A stretch of 64,000 nucleotides of DNA from Chloroflexota bacterium (GTDB taxonomy: Bacteria; Chloroflexota; UBA11872; VXOZ01): the NCBI GenBank assembly GCA_963663275.1, contig OY760183.1:3008001-3072000 (forward strand), given 5' to 3'. Of this stretch, positions 19,637 through 29,854 are shown one piece after another. Below the pieces are notes generated by a model. It did not search any database, was not told the DNA's origin, and saw only the letters and a list, made by a program, of their open reading frames with translations. Within the stretch, counting starts at the first letter, position 1, and each line of letters opens with the position of its first letter. Position numbers and translations under genes: made by a program.

Positions 19637-19885
19637 GGCTCAGGCGGGCAAGCGTCGGGAACGGCGGCGGGCCGTACTCGATTGGGGGGATGAGATAGGT
19701 AGCGGGGCCGCCGGGCCGGAGACGGACGCGCCGGGCCTCACGCCCATCTGGCGCGCCGACCGAGAATTTGTCATGGGAATGGTCGCCATCCGGCCTCAGG
19801 GAGAACAGGCGCTCGCATGGTATCCGGCGCGGGGTGCGCGCCGCGTCTTAATATAGCACAAGCGGTTGGCGCCGCTCGGCCGCGG

Positions 19886-20120
19886 GCGCGGGTTCCAAAC
19901 CTGCGCTACGGGAGATGCGGTCTGCTGGAGATAGAGCACGCAGGTTGCAAACCTGCGCTACCCGATGGACGGCTGCCGGGGTCGCCCTGCGCAGGTTGCA
20001 AACCTGCCCTACCGGAGATGCGGGCTGTTGGAGACAGGACACGCAGGTTCCAAACCTGCGCTACCGGAGATGAAGGCTGCCGAGCGTGCGCCCCGCAGGT
20101 TCCAAACCTGCGCTGCCGGA
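19886..20120. repeat. GTAG-type REP family C tandem x5 (~52-bp period)
   Basis: CGCAGGTTnCAAACCTGCGCTACCGG units, reverse orientation of 9768-9957. Confidence 0.85.
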
Positions 20121-20340
20121 GGTGCGGATTGCCGGAGGCGCGGCGCGCCGCCAGTCCTAAACGGCTTGCATAGATGCCAAAAGTCCAGTATACTTGGGCA
20201 ATCGTCTCCCATTGGGCGCGGCGCGCGTGGACGAGAGCGGACGCGAACGGGGCGCCGTCGCTCGCGGCTTCGCCGGTTTCTTGCCCGCCGCCCGATGCGA
20301 TGCGTGCAGCGGTGAGACCCAGCGCAAGGAGAGTTTCGCA

Positions 20341-20619
20341 GTGTCACCCGAGGATCGCACGATTATCTGCCAGGAGTGCAGCGAACCGTTCGTGTTTACG
20401 AGCGGCGAGCAGACTTTCTACCAGGAGAAAGGCCTCATGCACGAGCCGCGCCGCTGTCCGGATTGCCGCACCGCGCGCCGGCGCGAACGCTACGGCGAAC
20501 GGCAGATGCACGAAGGCGTCTGCGCGGACTGCGGCAGCGTGGCGCGCGTGCCGTTCGTGCCCCGCGACGATCGTCCCATCTACTGCAGCGACTGCTTCAC
20601 CAAGCGCCGCGCCAGCTAG
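20341..20619 (+). CDS. Zinc-ribbon / CxxC-x17-CxxC domain protein
   Basis: DRTIICQEC..FVFT.GEQ.FY..KG...P.RCPDCR; CADCG..VPF.P...RP.YCSDCF; AAGGAG RBS, GTG start. Confidence 0.88.
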   Translation: MSPEDRTIICQECSEPFVFTSGEQTFYQEKGLMHEPRRCPDCRTARRRERYGERQMHEGVCADCGSVARVPFVPRDDRPIYCSDCFTKRRAS

Positions 20620-20775
20620 CCCCACGCGCTTGCTCCCGCCCGGTCCCGGTTGGCGGGACCGCTGCCGGACGCGCCGCGCACGCCGACCATTCGGTCGCGG
20701 CGCGCGCAGGTCCTCCCCCGCACGGCGCGCGGCAAACGCGCTCACCGGCGCGGCATCCACCCAAAGTTGGGCTAT

Positions 20776-20832
20776 TTGACAAGGTTTTCGCCGTTTGGTA
20801 GGCTTGACTAAGGGAGACAGGCCTTTTATAAT
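20776..20832 (+). promoter_or_regulatory. Two tandem sigma70 promoters upstream of rho
   Basis: TTGACA-17-TAGGCT (20776-20804) and TTGACT-17-TATAAT (20804-20832). Confidence 0.7.
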
Positions 20833-21293
20833 CCTCTCATCCGCCGGCGCTGCCGTCCGCTTGCATTGCCAGTAACACGTATCCGCCCCGGCATCGCTCT
20901 GCTATCCACAGATTCTATCCGGTTACCCCTTACCTATTATCGACGCCTCGGCTATTTTCATATCGGCTACACGCTGCAACGCTCAGGTTTCACAATTCGC
21001 AGGTAATGGCGTACCGCACGTAAACAAGACGCGGCAGGGTTGGCCTAGCGGGAACCCGGCCGCATTTCACCCGCCGCATCGGCCCTGCAGTGCTTTGCCA
21101 AACCCCGGTCCGGCGCGCGCCTTGCGCGCAACCGCACACGTTAAGGAGGGCGCACCTGTCAGCAGTACTACCCATTCGCAAACGTGGCCGACAAAAGTCG
21201 CATCGTCGCCGCAATCGTTCTACCAAATCGTGGATGCAACGCAACGGAACGCACCACGCATCCAAGCCACGCAGCAAAAGGAGTGACCCCGGA

Positions 21294-22550
21294 GTGCAAT
21301 ATGCTGATCTAGACGCCAAGCCTCTGGCTGAATTGCGAGAACGCGCAAGAGAACTGGGTATCAGCGGTTACTCAGTGCTCAAGAAGCACGAACTCGTCAA
21401 CCGGCTATTGCAGGCGCAATCCGAAGAACAGGGCAACCTCTACCGCACCGGGCTCCTGGAGACGATCGACGACGGCTACGGCTTCCTGCGCCTGCATCGC
21501 TACTGGAACACCGGCTGGGCGGAAGACGTCTACGTCGCGCCCACCCAGATTCGCCGCCTGAGCCTGCGCACCGGCGACATGATCGCCGGCCAGGTGCGCC
21601 CGCCGAAAGAGGGCGAAAAGTACTACGGCCTCCTGCGGGTGGAAACCGTCAATAATCTGGACCCAGAAGAGGCGAAGCGCCGCCCGCACTTCGAGACCCT
21701 GACGGCGGTCTTCCCCGACGACCGCCTCAACCTGGAGACGGCTTCCCGCGGCATTACGGGACGACTCATCAATCTCGTCTCGCCAATCGGCCGGGGCCAG
21801 CGCGGCCTCGTGGTCGCGCCGCCCAAGACCGGCAAGACGATGCTCCTGCAGAGCATTGCCAACGCCGTGATGACCAACTATCCCGAAGTGCACGTGATGG
21901 TGGTGCTCATCGGCGAACGCCCGGAGGAAGTGACGGACTGGGAGCGGAGCGTCGGCGCTGAGGTCGTCGCTTCCACCTTCGACGAGATGCCGGAAAACCA
22001 GACGCGCATCGCCGAACTGGCCCTGGAACGCGCCAAGCGCATGGTGGAGGGCGGGCAGGACGTGATGGTGCTCCTCGACTCCATCACCCGCCTCACCCGC
22101 GCCTTCAACCAGGCCATCCCGCCCAGCGGCCGCACCCTCTCCGGCGGTATCGATCCGGCCGCCATCTACCCGCCGAAACGCTTCTTCGGCGCGGGCCGCA
22201 ACGTGGACAACGGCGGCAGCCTGACCATGATCGCCACCTGCCTGGTGGAGACGGAAAGCCGCATGGACGACGTCATCTACGAGGAGTTCAAGGGCACCGG
22301 CAACATGGAACTGCGGCTGGACCGCAAGTTTGCCGAGCGCAGGATCTTCCCGGCAATCGACGTGGCCCGTTCCGGCACCCGCCGCGAAGAACTGCTGCTG
22401 GAGTCGGTTACGCTCCAAAAGGTGATTACGCTCCGGCGAATGTTGGCCGCCCTCGGCAATACCGAAGGCTACGAGGCCATGCTCAACCGGCTGGAACGCA
22501 CTAAGTCGAACGCCGACTTCCTGGCGCGGCTGAGCAAAGACGCGGTATAG
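21294..22550 (+). CDS. rho: Transcription termination factor Rho
   Basis: [47 protein letters not shown]; GTG start after AAGGAG (start uncertain). Confidence 0.95.
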   Translation: MQYADLDAKPLAELRERARELGISGYSVLKKHELVNRLLQAQSEEQGNLYRTGLLETIDDGYGFLRLHRYWNTGWAEDVYVAPTQIRRLSLRTGDMIAGQVRPPKEGEKYYGLLRVETVNNLDPEEAKRRPHFETLTAVFPDDRLNLETASRGITGRLINLVSPIGRGQRGLVVAPPKTGKTMLLQSIANAVMTNYPEVHVMVVLIGERPEEVTDWERSVGAEVVASTFDEMPENQTRIAELALERAKRMVEGGQDVMVLLDSITRLTRAFNQAIPPSGRTLSGGIDPAAIYPPKRFFGAGRNVDNGGSLTMIATCLVETESRMDDVIYEEFKGTGNMELRLDRKFAERRIFPAIDVARSGTRREELLLESVTLQKVITLRRMLAALGNTEGYEAMLNRLERTKSNADFLARLSKDAV

Positions 22551-22584
22551 GCGCGCCGCGCCAGGCGGCCGCCGTCTCGCAAAG

Positions 22585-23778
22585 ATGAACGCTTCCGCTC
22601 CGCACAGGCGTCCGTCATGCCCGAGGCCGCTCTGGCTTGCGCTCGTTTCTTGGCTCTTCCTGGCCTTAACCGCGTGCGCGGCGCTCGGTACTCCCCGCGC
22701 GCCGCTGGCACTCGACGTGCATCCGGCGACGCTGCGCGCGGACGGCGACGGCGCGGTAACCATCCGGTATTACGTCGCGCATGAGTCGATTGTCTCGCTG
22801 GCGTTGCGTGGCACCGACGGCGAGTCGTTCATCCTGCGCGACCGCGTGCCCCGCGCGCCGGGGACGTACACTTTCCGCTTCCAGGGGGCGGTTGCGGGCC
22901 GCGTCCTGCCAAACGGCCAGTATGAGGTCGTCGCCACCCGTAGCGATCCGGCCGGCGGCGAACCCATCGAGCGGCGCCGGCCGCTCACCATCATCGACGC
23001 CGATACCGCGCCCCCGGCCCTGGACGACCTCAGCGTAGCGCCGGCCGTGCTCACACCCAACCAGGACGGCGTGGACGACCGCTTGGAAGTCGCGTTCACC
23101 GCAACCGAACCCGTGACCGTGGATGCGCACCTGCTTGCGGGCAATGAAGTCCGCTGGTTGGCGCGTGAGTACGCCGCCGGCCCGGGCGCGGTGCGAGTGT
23201 CCTGGCCCCCGCCGCTGCGCCACGCGCCGCTGCTCAATCGAGCGGTGGACCGCCTGCCCGCCGGCCCGGCCCAGGTGGAGGTCGCGATCCAGGACAAAGC
23301 CGGCAATCGCACCGTCGCGCGCCGTGAAATCGCCCTCGGCGAGAGCGGCACGCCCCGGGCGCGGCTCACCGGCGTGACGATCGCGCCCGCGGCCCCACGC
23401 GCCGGCGGCACGCTGACGATTACCGCCACGCTCACCAACACCGGCGCGGTCACCCTGCGCGCGGCGCCGGCAGGCCCGGCCGGCTACGCCTGGCGCGAGA
23501 ACGCCCACACGCTGGGCTACCCCGCCGCCCCGGGAACCGTGCGCTGGGGCGTGGACTACTCGCTCAACCGCAGCGGGGTCGCCTATCCGTTTCGCTGGAG
23601 CCTGGGCCGCGACCTCGCGCCGGGTGAAAGCGCGGCGGTGAGCGGCACAATCCGGCTGGACGACACCTTCCCCGCTGAACCGGTCAATCTCTGGGCCGGC
23701 GTCATCCACGAGCACAACCGCATCCTCGCCGACAAGCGCGGCGTTACCCGCGTCCAACGCGCCAGCGCGGCTGAATAG
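22585..23778 (+). CDS. Exported lipoprotein with FlgD-like Ig domains
   Basis: LTAC lipobox; TPNQDGVDD motif; beta-rich Ig-like segments. Confidence 0.6.
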   Translation: MNASAPHRRPSCPRPLWLALVSWLFLALTACAALGTPRAPLALDVHPATLRADGDGAVTIRYYVAHESIVSLALRGTDGESFILRDRVPRAPGTYTFRFQGAVAGRVLPNGQYEVVATRSDPAGGEPIERRRPLTIIDADTAPPALDDLSVAPAVLTPNQDGVDDRLEVAFTATEPVTVDAHLLAGNEVRWLAREYAAGPGAVRVSWPPPLRHAPLLNRAVDRLPAGPAQVEVAIQDKAGNRTVARREIALGESGTPRARLTGVTIAPAAPRAGGTLTITATLTNTGAVTLRAAPAGPAGYAWRENAHTLGYPAAPGTVRWGVDYSLNRSGVAYPFRWSLGRDLAPGESAAVSGTIRLDDTFPAEPVNLWAGVIHEHNRILADKRGVTRVQRASAAE

Positions 23779-23869
23779 GGAGGAAAACCCCCGACGCCCT
23801 GCTAAGCTCGTCGATACGGCGGAACTGAGGTGTCTTCCCGCCGAGGTCTTTGCAAACCTCTTACCCATC

Positions 23870-24137
23870 GAGGGTTGACAGGGTAGGCAATCTTGAATCG
23901 GCTTAACGTGTCATTCCGAACGGAGCGGAGCGCAGTGAGGAATCTAAGGCTAGGACCCGCAAATCCAGCAGTTCTAGATTCCTCGCTCCGCTCGGAATGA
24001 CACGTGTAGTGGGATGTAGCATGCATACTCCTGTCAGCCCATTGAGGGGAAAGGTTGGGATGGGGGTGAAAGGGATTGACTTCATCCCATCTTCAGTTGT
24101 AACGGCGCCCTAGATTCCGGCTTCCGCCGGAATGACG
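23870..24137. repeat. REP/MITE-like composite (TGTCATTCCGAACGGAGC..GAGGAATCT..AGATTCCTC..GGAATGACA; GATTCCGGC..GCCGGAATGAC)
   Basis: Long inverted repeat 23909-24002 inside a shorter GGGTTGACAGG/CCTGTCAGCCC pair. Confidence 0.7.
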
Positions 24138-24198
24138 GAGCTATGCACTAATCTCACCAGGGACAGCGGCTGCCGCACGCGCGCCAAGCGAGACGCCT

Positions 24199-25176
24199 AT
24201 GCCTGTTGACTGCGCCTTCTACCAACGCATCATCGAAACGTGCTTCCCGGACGTGCGCGTGACGGGCATCCGCTTCCTGGGCGGCGGCACCTGCCGGGTA
24301 TTCGCCGTCAACCGCAGCCTCATCTTCCGCTTTCCCCACGGCGGCGGCTCCGTTTACGAAGACGGCCCAATCGAGGACGACGGCGCGTTCCTCTTCCACG
24401 AGCGGCGCGTCTACGACAGCGTAGCCCCGCTGCTGCCGCTGCCGGTTCCGCGCTTTCGCTACTTTAGCGCGGGCTGCCGGCAGTTTCCCTATCCGGTGGC
24501 CGGCTATGAGCGGCTGCCCGGCCGCAGCCTGTCCGCCTGCGCCCTCGCGCCGCCGGAACAGGAGCGCGCCGCCGGGCAGATCGGCGCGTTTCTCTCCGCG
24601 CTCCACGCCATACCGCTGCGCGCGCTGCCCGCCGCACTCAGGCCCCCGCCGCCGGCTGAACGCGGACGCGCCAACGCCCGCGGCCTCTTTCGCCAGGTAG
24701 AAGCGCGGGCGTTCCCGCTGCTGAGTGCGGCGGAGCGGGACTGGACGCGCCGCCTCTTCCAGGAAGTGATTGACAATCACACCCTCTGGGAGCTCGCGCC
24801 CGTCTTCACTCACGGAGACTTCGACGGCTCGAACATCCTCTATGACGAGGCTCGCGGCGCGGTCAGCGGCGTGATCGACTTCGAGGAAGCCGGGCAGAAC
24901 GGCGATCCGGCGGTAGACTTCTGCGCGCTGCTGGCGGGTTTCGGCCAAGCCTTCCTGGATGCCGCGCTCGCCGCCTACACCCGCGAGGTGTCCGCCGCCA
25001 TGCGCCGCCGCATCGACCTCTGCGCCAAGCGCATCCTCTTCATCGAGTTGCTCTACGGCATCCAGGCCGATGACCACCGCTTCATCGACAACGCCCGGCA
25101 GCGCCTCCACCGGGCCAGGCACAATATCGACCCCATCGGCGACTGGCTGGACGTCTCCACCAGCGAGACCCGATAA
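24199..25176 (+). CDS. APH-family phosphotransferase
   Basis: FRFP, HGDFDGSNIL (Brenner motif), GVIDF, GDPAVD. Confidence 0.85.
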   Translation: MPVDCAFYQRIIETCFPDVRVTGIRFLGGGTCRVFAVNRSLIFRFPHGGGSVYEDGPIEDDGAFLFHERRVYDSVAPLLPLPVPRFRYFSAGCRQFPYPVAGYERLPGRSLSACALAPPEQERAAGQIGAFLSALHAIPLRALPAALRPPPPAERGRANARGLFRQVEARAFPLLSAAERDWTRRLFQEVIDNHTLWELAPVFTHGDFDGSNILYDEARGAVSGVIDFEEAGQNGDPAVDFCALLAGFGQAFLDAALAAYTREVSAAMRRRIDLCAKRILFIELLYGIQADDHRFIDNARQRLHRARHNIDPIGDWLDVSTSETR

Positions 25177-25360
25177 GGTCATTCACCGCCTATCCCGGGC
25201 CCAGCGGCGGCGCGGCGGTGCGCCAACTGCTCGGCAGGCCCGGCGAGGTCTGGGGAGCGGAATCCGGCGTGGACGCGCCGGTCGTGGCCCGCACCGGCTA
25301 GCTAATTGCATAGTGCCCGGGAAGGCGTGGCCGTTTGCGGTCGCGCGCTTATGTCAACTT

Positions 25361-25834
25361 CTACCGGCCGGCGTTCTCAAACCCCTCGTCAACCGGCAGG
25401 TTCTTGCCCCGAGCGGCCGTGTTGGCCAGCGTATCGCAGCGCTCGTTCTCCGTGATTCCCACGTGGGCGGGCACCCACTTGAACGTCACGCGGTGGGTGG
25501 CGGTCAGGTCGAGCAGCCGTTTCCAGAGGTCCGGATTGGCGGCTTCCCCGCGCTTGCCGCGCTGCCACCCGTCCGCCCGCCAGCGCCGCGCCCAGCCCTT
25601 GGACATCGCGTCCACAAGGTATTTGGAGTCGCTGTGCAGAGTCACCGCGCACGGCTCGGACAGGCATTCCAACGCGAGGATGGCGGCCAGCAACTCCATC
25701 CGGTTGTTGGTGGTCTTGCGAAAACCGCCGGAAATCTCCTTGCGAAACCGGTTGAAGATAACCACCGCGCCATAGCCGCCCGGCCCCGGATTCCCAATGC
25801 ACGCGCCGTCGGTGTAGATGGTGACACGCTTCAT
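25361..25834 (-). CDS. rnhA: Ribonuclease HI
   Basis: [37 protein letters not shown]. Confidence 0.97.
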   Translation of the reverse strand: MKRVTIYTDGACIGNPGPGGYGAVVIFNRFRKEISGGFRKTTNNRMELLAAILALECLSEPCAVTLHSDSKYLVDAMSKGWARRWRADGWQRGKRGEAANPDLWKRLLDLTATHRVTFKWVPAHVGITENERCDTLANTAARGKNLPVDEGFENAGR

Positions 25835-25879
25835 AGACAGGTATCGTCGCTAGCGCGGGAGGAAGGCCGGTCGGCGCGC

Positions 25880-26344
25880 CTAGATTTGCTCCAGCAGGTT
25901 CGCCATTTCCAGCGCGGCCAAGGCGGCGTCGAAGCCCTTGTTGCCGAGTTTCGTGCCGGCGCGTTCCATGGCTTGTTCCAGGGACTCCGCCGCGATCAGG
26001 CCGTTGATGACGGGCACGTCGTGGGCCAGCGCGACGTGGGCGATGCCGCTGGCGGCGCCGTCAGCCACGTGCTCGAAGTGCACGGTAGCCCCCCGGATCA
26101 CCACGCCCAGGCAGATGACGGCGCTGTACCTGCCGGTGGCCGCCAGACGTTGGGCCGCAAGCGGGATTTCCAGCGAGCCGGGCACGCGCGCGACGTCGAT
26201 CGCGTCGTCCCCTACGCCGTGGCGGGTCAGGCCGTCAACCGCGCCTTGGATGAGACGGTCGACGAACAGTTCGTTGAAGCGCGCCGCCACGATGCCGAAG
26301 CGGTGGTCTCCGGCTGCCAGCGTGCCTTCGATGGTGCGTGCCAC
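25880..26344 (-). CDS. ribH: 6,7-dimethyl-8-ribityllumazine synthase
   Basis: ARFN, VPGSLEIP, LGVVIRGAT.HF, GNKG. Confidence 0.97.
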   Translation of the reverse strand: MARTIEGTLAAGDHRFGIVAARFNELFVDRLIQGAVDGLTRHGVGDDAIDVARVPGSLEIPLAAQRLAATGRYSAVICLGVVIRGATVHFEHVADGAASGIAHVALAHDVPVINGLIAAESLEQAMERAGTKLGNKGFDAALAALEMANLLEQI

Positions 26345-26352
26345 GGGCGCAT

Positions 26353-27570
26353 CTACTCCGTGTCTTGCGCGGCCAGGGAAAGATCGTGTCCCAGTCTATC
26401 ACGTTTCGTCTGCAGATAGCGCAGGTTCTCGCTGTTTGGTTCCACGTTCAGGGGCACGCGCTCGGTCATTTCCAGGCCGTAGACGCTCAAGGCCGCCGCC
26501 TTGATGGGACTGTTGGTAAGCAGCCGCACTTTGTACGCGCCCAGGTCCTTGAGCACCTGGCAGCCGAAACCGTAGTGGCGCTGGTCCGCGCCCAAGCCCA
26601 GGCGGTGGTTGGCCTCTACCGTATCCATCCCGTCGTCCTGCAATTCGTAGGCGCGCATCTTGTTCATCAGCCCGATGCCGCGCCCTTCCTGGTTCAGGTA
26701 GAGGATTATGCCCGCGCCTTCTTCCTGCACCATGCGCATGGCAAGGCGCAGTTGCATGCCGCAATCGCAGCGCAGCGAGCCGAGGGCGTCGCCGGTGGCG
26801 CACTGGGAGTGGACGCGCACCAGCACGGGCTCGTCCGGCGTAATCTCGCCGACGATGAGGGCAATGCCCTCCTGCCGGTCGGCGGTGCTCTCGTACGCAA
26901 GCGCCGTAAACTCCCCCACCTCCGTGGGAATGCGGCTGCGGGCCACGCGCCGGGCAATCGACTCCGTGCGGTAGCGGTACTCGATCAGGTCGGCAATGCT
27001 GATGATCGAGATGCCGTGCCTGGCGGCGAACTCCTCCAGTTGCGGCAAGCGCATCATCTGGCCGTCTTCGTCCATGATCTCGCAGACCACCGCGCCCGGG
27101 TAGAGGCCGGCCAGTTTGGCCAGGTCGATGCTGGCCTCCGTGTGGCCGGCGCGCACGAGCACGCCGCCGTCGCACGCGCGCAAGGGAAAGGTGTGCCCCG
27201 GCATGATCAGGTCGCTGGGCGTGGTAGCCGGGTCAACCAGCGCCTTGATGGTGGTCGCCCGGTCGAACGCCGATATGCCGCTGGCGACGCCGTGGCGCGA
27301 CTCCACCGAGACGGTAAAAGCCGTGCCGTACATGGTGTTGTTGTTCGACACCATCAGCGGGATGCGCAGTTCGTCCAACCGTTGGCCGGTGAGGGGCGCG
27401 CAGATCAGGCCGCGCCCGTGCTTGGCCATGAAGTTGATCTGCTCCGGCGTGATCTTCTCCGCGGCAATGCAAAGATCGCCTTCGTTCTCCCGGTCTTTGT
27501 CATCGATGATGATGACGAAGTTCCCTTGGCGGTATTCTCTGATTGCTTCTTCGACCGTTGCCAGTGGCAT
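26353..27570 (-). CDS. ribBA: Bifunctional DHBP synthase / GTP cyclohydrolase II
   Basis: DRENEGD, RAGHTEA, RVHSQC..CDCG, QEGRGIGL. Confidence 0.96.
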   Translation of the reverse strand: MPLATVEEAIREYRQGNFVIIIDDKDRENEGDLCIAAEKITPEQINFMAKHGRGLICAPLTGQRLDELRIPLMVSNNNTMYGTAFTVSVESRHGVASGISAFDRATTIKALVDPATTPSDLIMPGHTFPLRACDGGVLVRAGHTEASIDLAKLAGLYPGAVVCEIMDEDGQMMRLPQLEEFAARHGISIISIADLIEYRYRTESIARRVARSRIPTEVGEFTALAYESTADRQEGIALIVGEITPDEPVLVRVHSQCATGDALGSLRCDCGMQLRLAMRMVQEEGAGIILYLNQEGRGIGLMNKMRAYELQDDGMDTVEANHRLGLGADQRHYGFGCQVLKDLGAYKVRLLTNSPIKAAALSVYGLEMTERVPLNVEPNSENLRYLQTKRDRLGHDLSLAAQDTE

Positions 27571-27667
27571 TCGTGTCGCTTCCTTGCGTGTATCGCCCGC
27601 GCCCACTTACCCGGTGTCGAGTCTTGGACAGACTGTGCCAGTTGCCTTGCCCATCCCAGCGTGACCC

Positions 27668-27997
27668 CTACGGCAGCAGCTTTATCGCCGCCACGATCAG
27701 CCCGCCAACCGCAATCAGCAGAAAGGCGAGCTGGAGTATCAGGTTGTTCATGCGGCGCTCGAGTGTCGCCGCCATGCGCAACTCCAATTCCCGCAAATCG
27801 GCCTTGGTGGCCACGTCGGCCACGTCGCTTCTGGTGGCCATGTCCGCTATGTCGGCCTTGGTTGCCAACGCGCCGTAGCCCTCGCTGCCCACGTCTATCA
27901 AGGCTCGCGCCTGGTGCACAGAGAAGCCGGCGGCCGTTAGCGCTTCAAACGCCTTATGGGTATCGAAAACTGCGATCGAGCGTACTCCCTCGTCCAA
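27668..27997 (-). CDS. CCDC90/DUF1640-like coiled-coil membrane-anchored protein
   Basis: FDTH...L..AGF...QA head, ATKAD repeats, C-terminal TM; start uncertain (TTG 27997 or ATC 27976). Confidence 0.75.
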   Translation of the reverse strand: MDEGVRSIAVFDTHKAFEALTAAGFSVHQARALIDVGSEGYGALATKADIADMATRSDVADVATKADLRELELRMAATLERRMNNLILQLAFLLIAVGGLIVAAIKLLP

Positions 27998-28006
27998 CAG
28001 TGACTC

Positions 28007-28609
28007 TCATAGCTGGTTCTCATGCGGCGTCAACAAGCGCTCAACGTATTTCGCGAACAGGTCTACTTCCAGATTAACACGAGCGCCCAGCGGCTTGCGC
28101 ATAAGGTTCGTGTGCTCCTGGGTATATTGTACCAGGGAAACGGCGAATGCCCGCGCTTCCACCCCAGATACGGTCAGGCTTACGCCGTCCACGGCAATCG
28201 AGCCCTTTTCAATCAGATAGCGGTGCACCGCCGGCGGCGCGGTAAAGCGCATCACCACCGAATCACCTACCGCCGCCCGTTCGAGAATTGTACCGGCGGC
28301 GTCTACGTGGCCTTGCACCACGTGGCCGCCCAAACGGTCGCTGAGACGCAGGGCGGGTTCCAGGTTCACGACGTCGCCGTCGGCAAGGTCGGGCAAACAC
28401 GTGCGGGAAAGCGTCTCCGGCGTGAGTTGGAAGACAAGCGAGGGCGGCGCAAGCGCGGCCACGGTGAGGCACGCGCCGTTCACGGACACGCTCTCGCCGG
28501 CGCTGACATCGGCGGCAAGTTCCGGCGCGTCAATCGCCAACTCCGCGCCCGCAGGCGTTGCCGCCATGCGCGCCACCGCGCCCAGCGTGGTGATGATGCC
28601 GGTAAACAT
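28007..28609 (-). CDS. ribE: Riboflavin synthase (alpha chain)
   Basis: MFTGI, VNGACLTV, GGHVVQGHVD, KGSIAVDGVSLT, VNLE. Confidence 0.96.
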   Translation of the reverse strand: MFTGIITTLGAVARMAATPAGAELAIDAPELAADVSAGESVSVNGACLTVAALAPPSLVFQLTPETLSRTCLPDLADGDVVNLEPALRLSDRLGGHVVQGHVDAAGTILERAAVGDSVVMRFTAPPAVHRYLIEKGSIAVDGVSLTVSGVEARAFAVSLVQYTQEHTNLMRKPLGARVNLEVDLFAKYVERLLTPHENQL

Positions 28610-28673
28610 GCCGCTCCCTTCCGCCTTTCTCTTGATTATACCGGCTTGCAACTTCGGTGCGCGCAAGACGCCG

Positions 28674-29777
28674 TTAGCGCGCCGCATCTTCGAAGTAAGC
28701 GGTCAGGAGCACGTCCGGGCCGATGCGTTTGACGGAAGAAAAGTGGAACCGACGGCTGGCGGCGAGCGCCGTGGGACCTGGGTCGGCGAGCAGCGAGGGC
28801 GCGTCATCTCCGCCGACCAAAAGCGGCGCGACGAAGAGCAGGAACTTTTGCACGCAGTTTTCATTCAGGAAAGCCGCGGCCACAGTCGGGCCGCCCTCCA
28901 GCAGCGCCGAACGAACGCCCGCCGCGTGGAGCTTTCCCAAGAATTCCGCCAGGTCTACACGGCCCCCGCGGGACGGCAGCGGCCAAACGGTCGCGCCGCG
29001 GGCGCGATACTGCCGCAGTTGCTCCGCCGGGGCCGCGTCCGTGGTGACGATCGTGGTCTCTCCGGGGAGATCCGGGTCAAGCGCACGCGCGTGCGGCGGC
29101 GTCCTGCCCCGGCTGTCCAGCACGTAGCGCCGGGGATGGCGGACGTCGGGCCGCGCCAGGCGCGTCGTCAAGCGCGGGTCGTCGGCAAGCACCGTGCCCA
29201 CGCCGACGACAATCGCGTCGCTGCGTTCCCGCAGTTCGTGGACGTAGGTAAGCGCCGCTTCACTCGTCAGGTATCTCGGTTCGCCGTCCCGCGCCGCTGC
29301 CTTGCCGTCGGCGCTCATCGCCATCTTCAGCGTGACGAACGGCAGGCCGGTGCGCGCGCTGTAGAGATACGCCTCGTGGCAGCGCCGCGCCCGCGCTTCC
29401 GCCACGCCAACGCTCACCTCGATACCGGCCGCGCGCAGACGCGCCGCGCCCTGCCCATTGACCTGAGGATGCGGATCGAGCACGCCGATGCGTACGCGCC
29501 GCACGCCGGCCGCGATGATGGCGTCCGCGCAGGGCGGCGTGCGTCCATGAAACGCGCAGGGTTCCAGCGTCACGTAGAGGTCGGCGCCGCGAGCGGCCTC
29601 ACCGGCCTGTGCCAGCGCCACCACTTCGGCGTGAGCCTGTCCGGGCGGCTGCGTTGACCCTTCCCCCACAACCTGACCGTCCCGCGCCACCACCGCGCCG
29701 ACGGCGGGATTGGGCGACGTGCGCCCTTGCGCCCGATTTGCAAGTTCGAGAGCGCGAGTCATGTAGTCCATGGGCAC
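28674..29777 (-). CDS. ribD: Riboflavin biosynthesis deaminase/reductase
   Basis: PNPAVGA, HAE, TLEPC..RTPPC, EGG. Confidence 0.96.
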   Translation of the reverse strand: MPMDYMTRALELANRAQGRTSPNPAVGAVVARDGQVVGEGSTQPPGQAHAEVVALAQAGEAARGADLYVTLEPCAFHGRTPPCADAIIAAGVRRVRIGVLDPHPQVNGQGAARLRAAGIEVSVGVAEARARRCHEAYLYSARTGLPFVTLKMAMSADGKAAARDGEPRYLTSEAALTYVHELRERSDAIVVGVGTVLADDPRLTTRLARPDVRHPRRYVLDSRGRTPPHARALDPDLPGETTIVTTDAAPAEQLRQYRARGATVWPLPSRGGRVDLAEFLGKLHAAGVRSALLEGGPTVAAAFLNENCVQKFLLFVAPLLVGGDDAPSLLADPGPTALAASRRFHFSSVKRIGPDVLLTAYFEDAAR

Positions 29778-29854
29778 CTACAGGGCGCTTGCGTCGGATA
29801 GGGCGAAAAGGAAGATTGCGCTGCGGCAGCGGCCATGAGGCGCATAGACCGCGT

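Noticed and set aside
19637-19790. Short ORF in frame with the MFS gene, separated by a TGA (possible Sec read-through)
   Set aside because: Low-complexity peptide, no redox motif or clear SECIS; the MFS protein is complete from its own ATG
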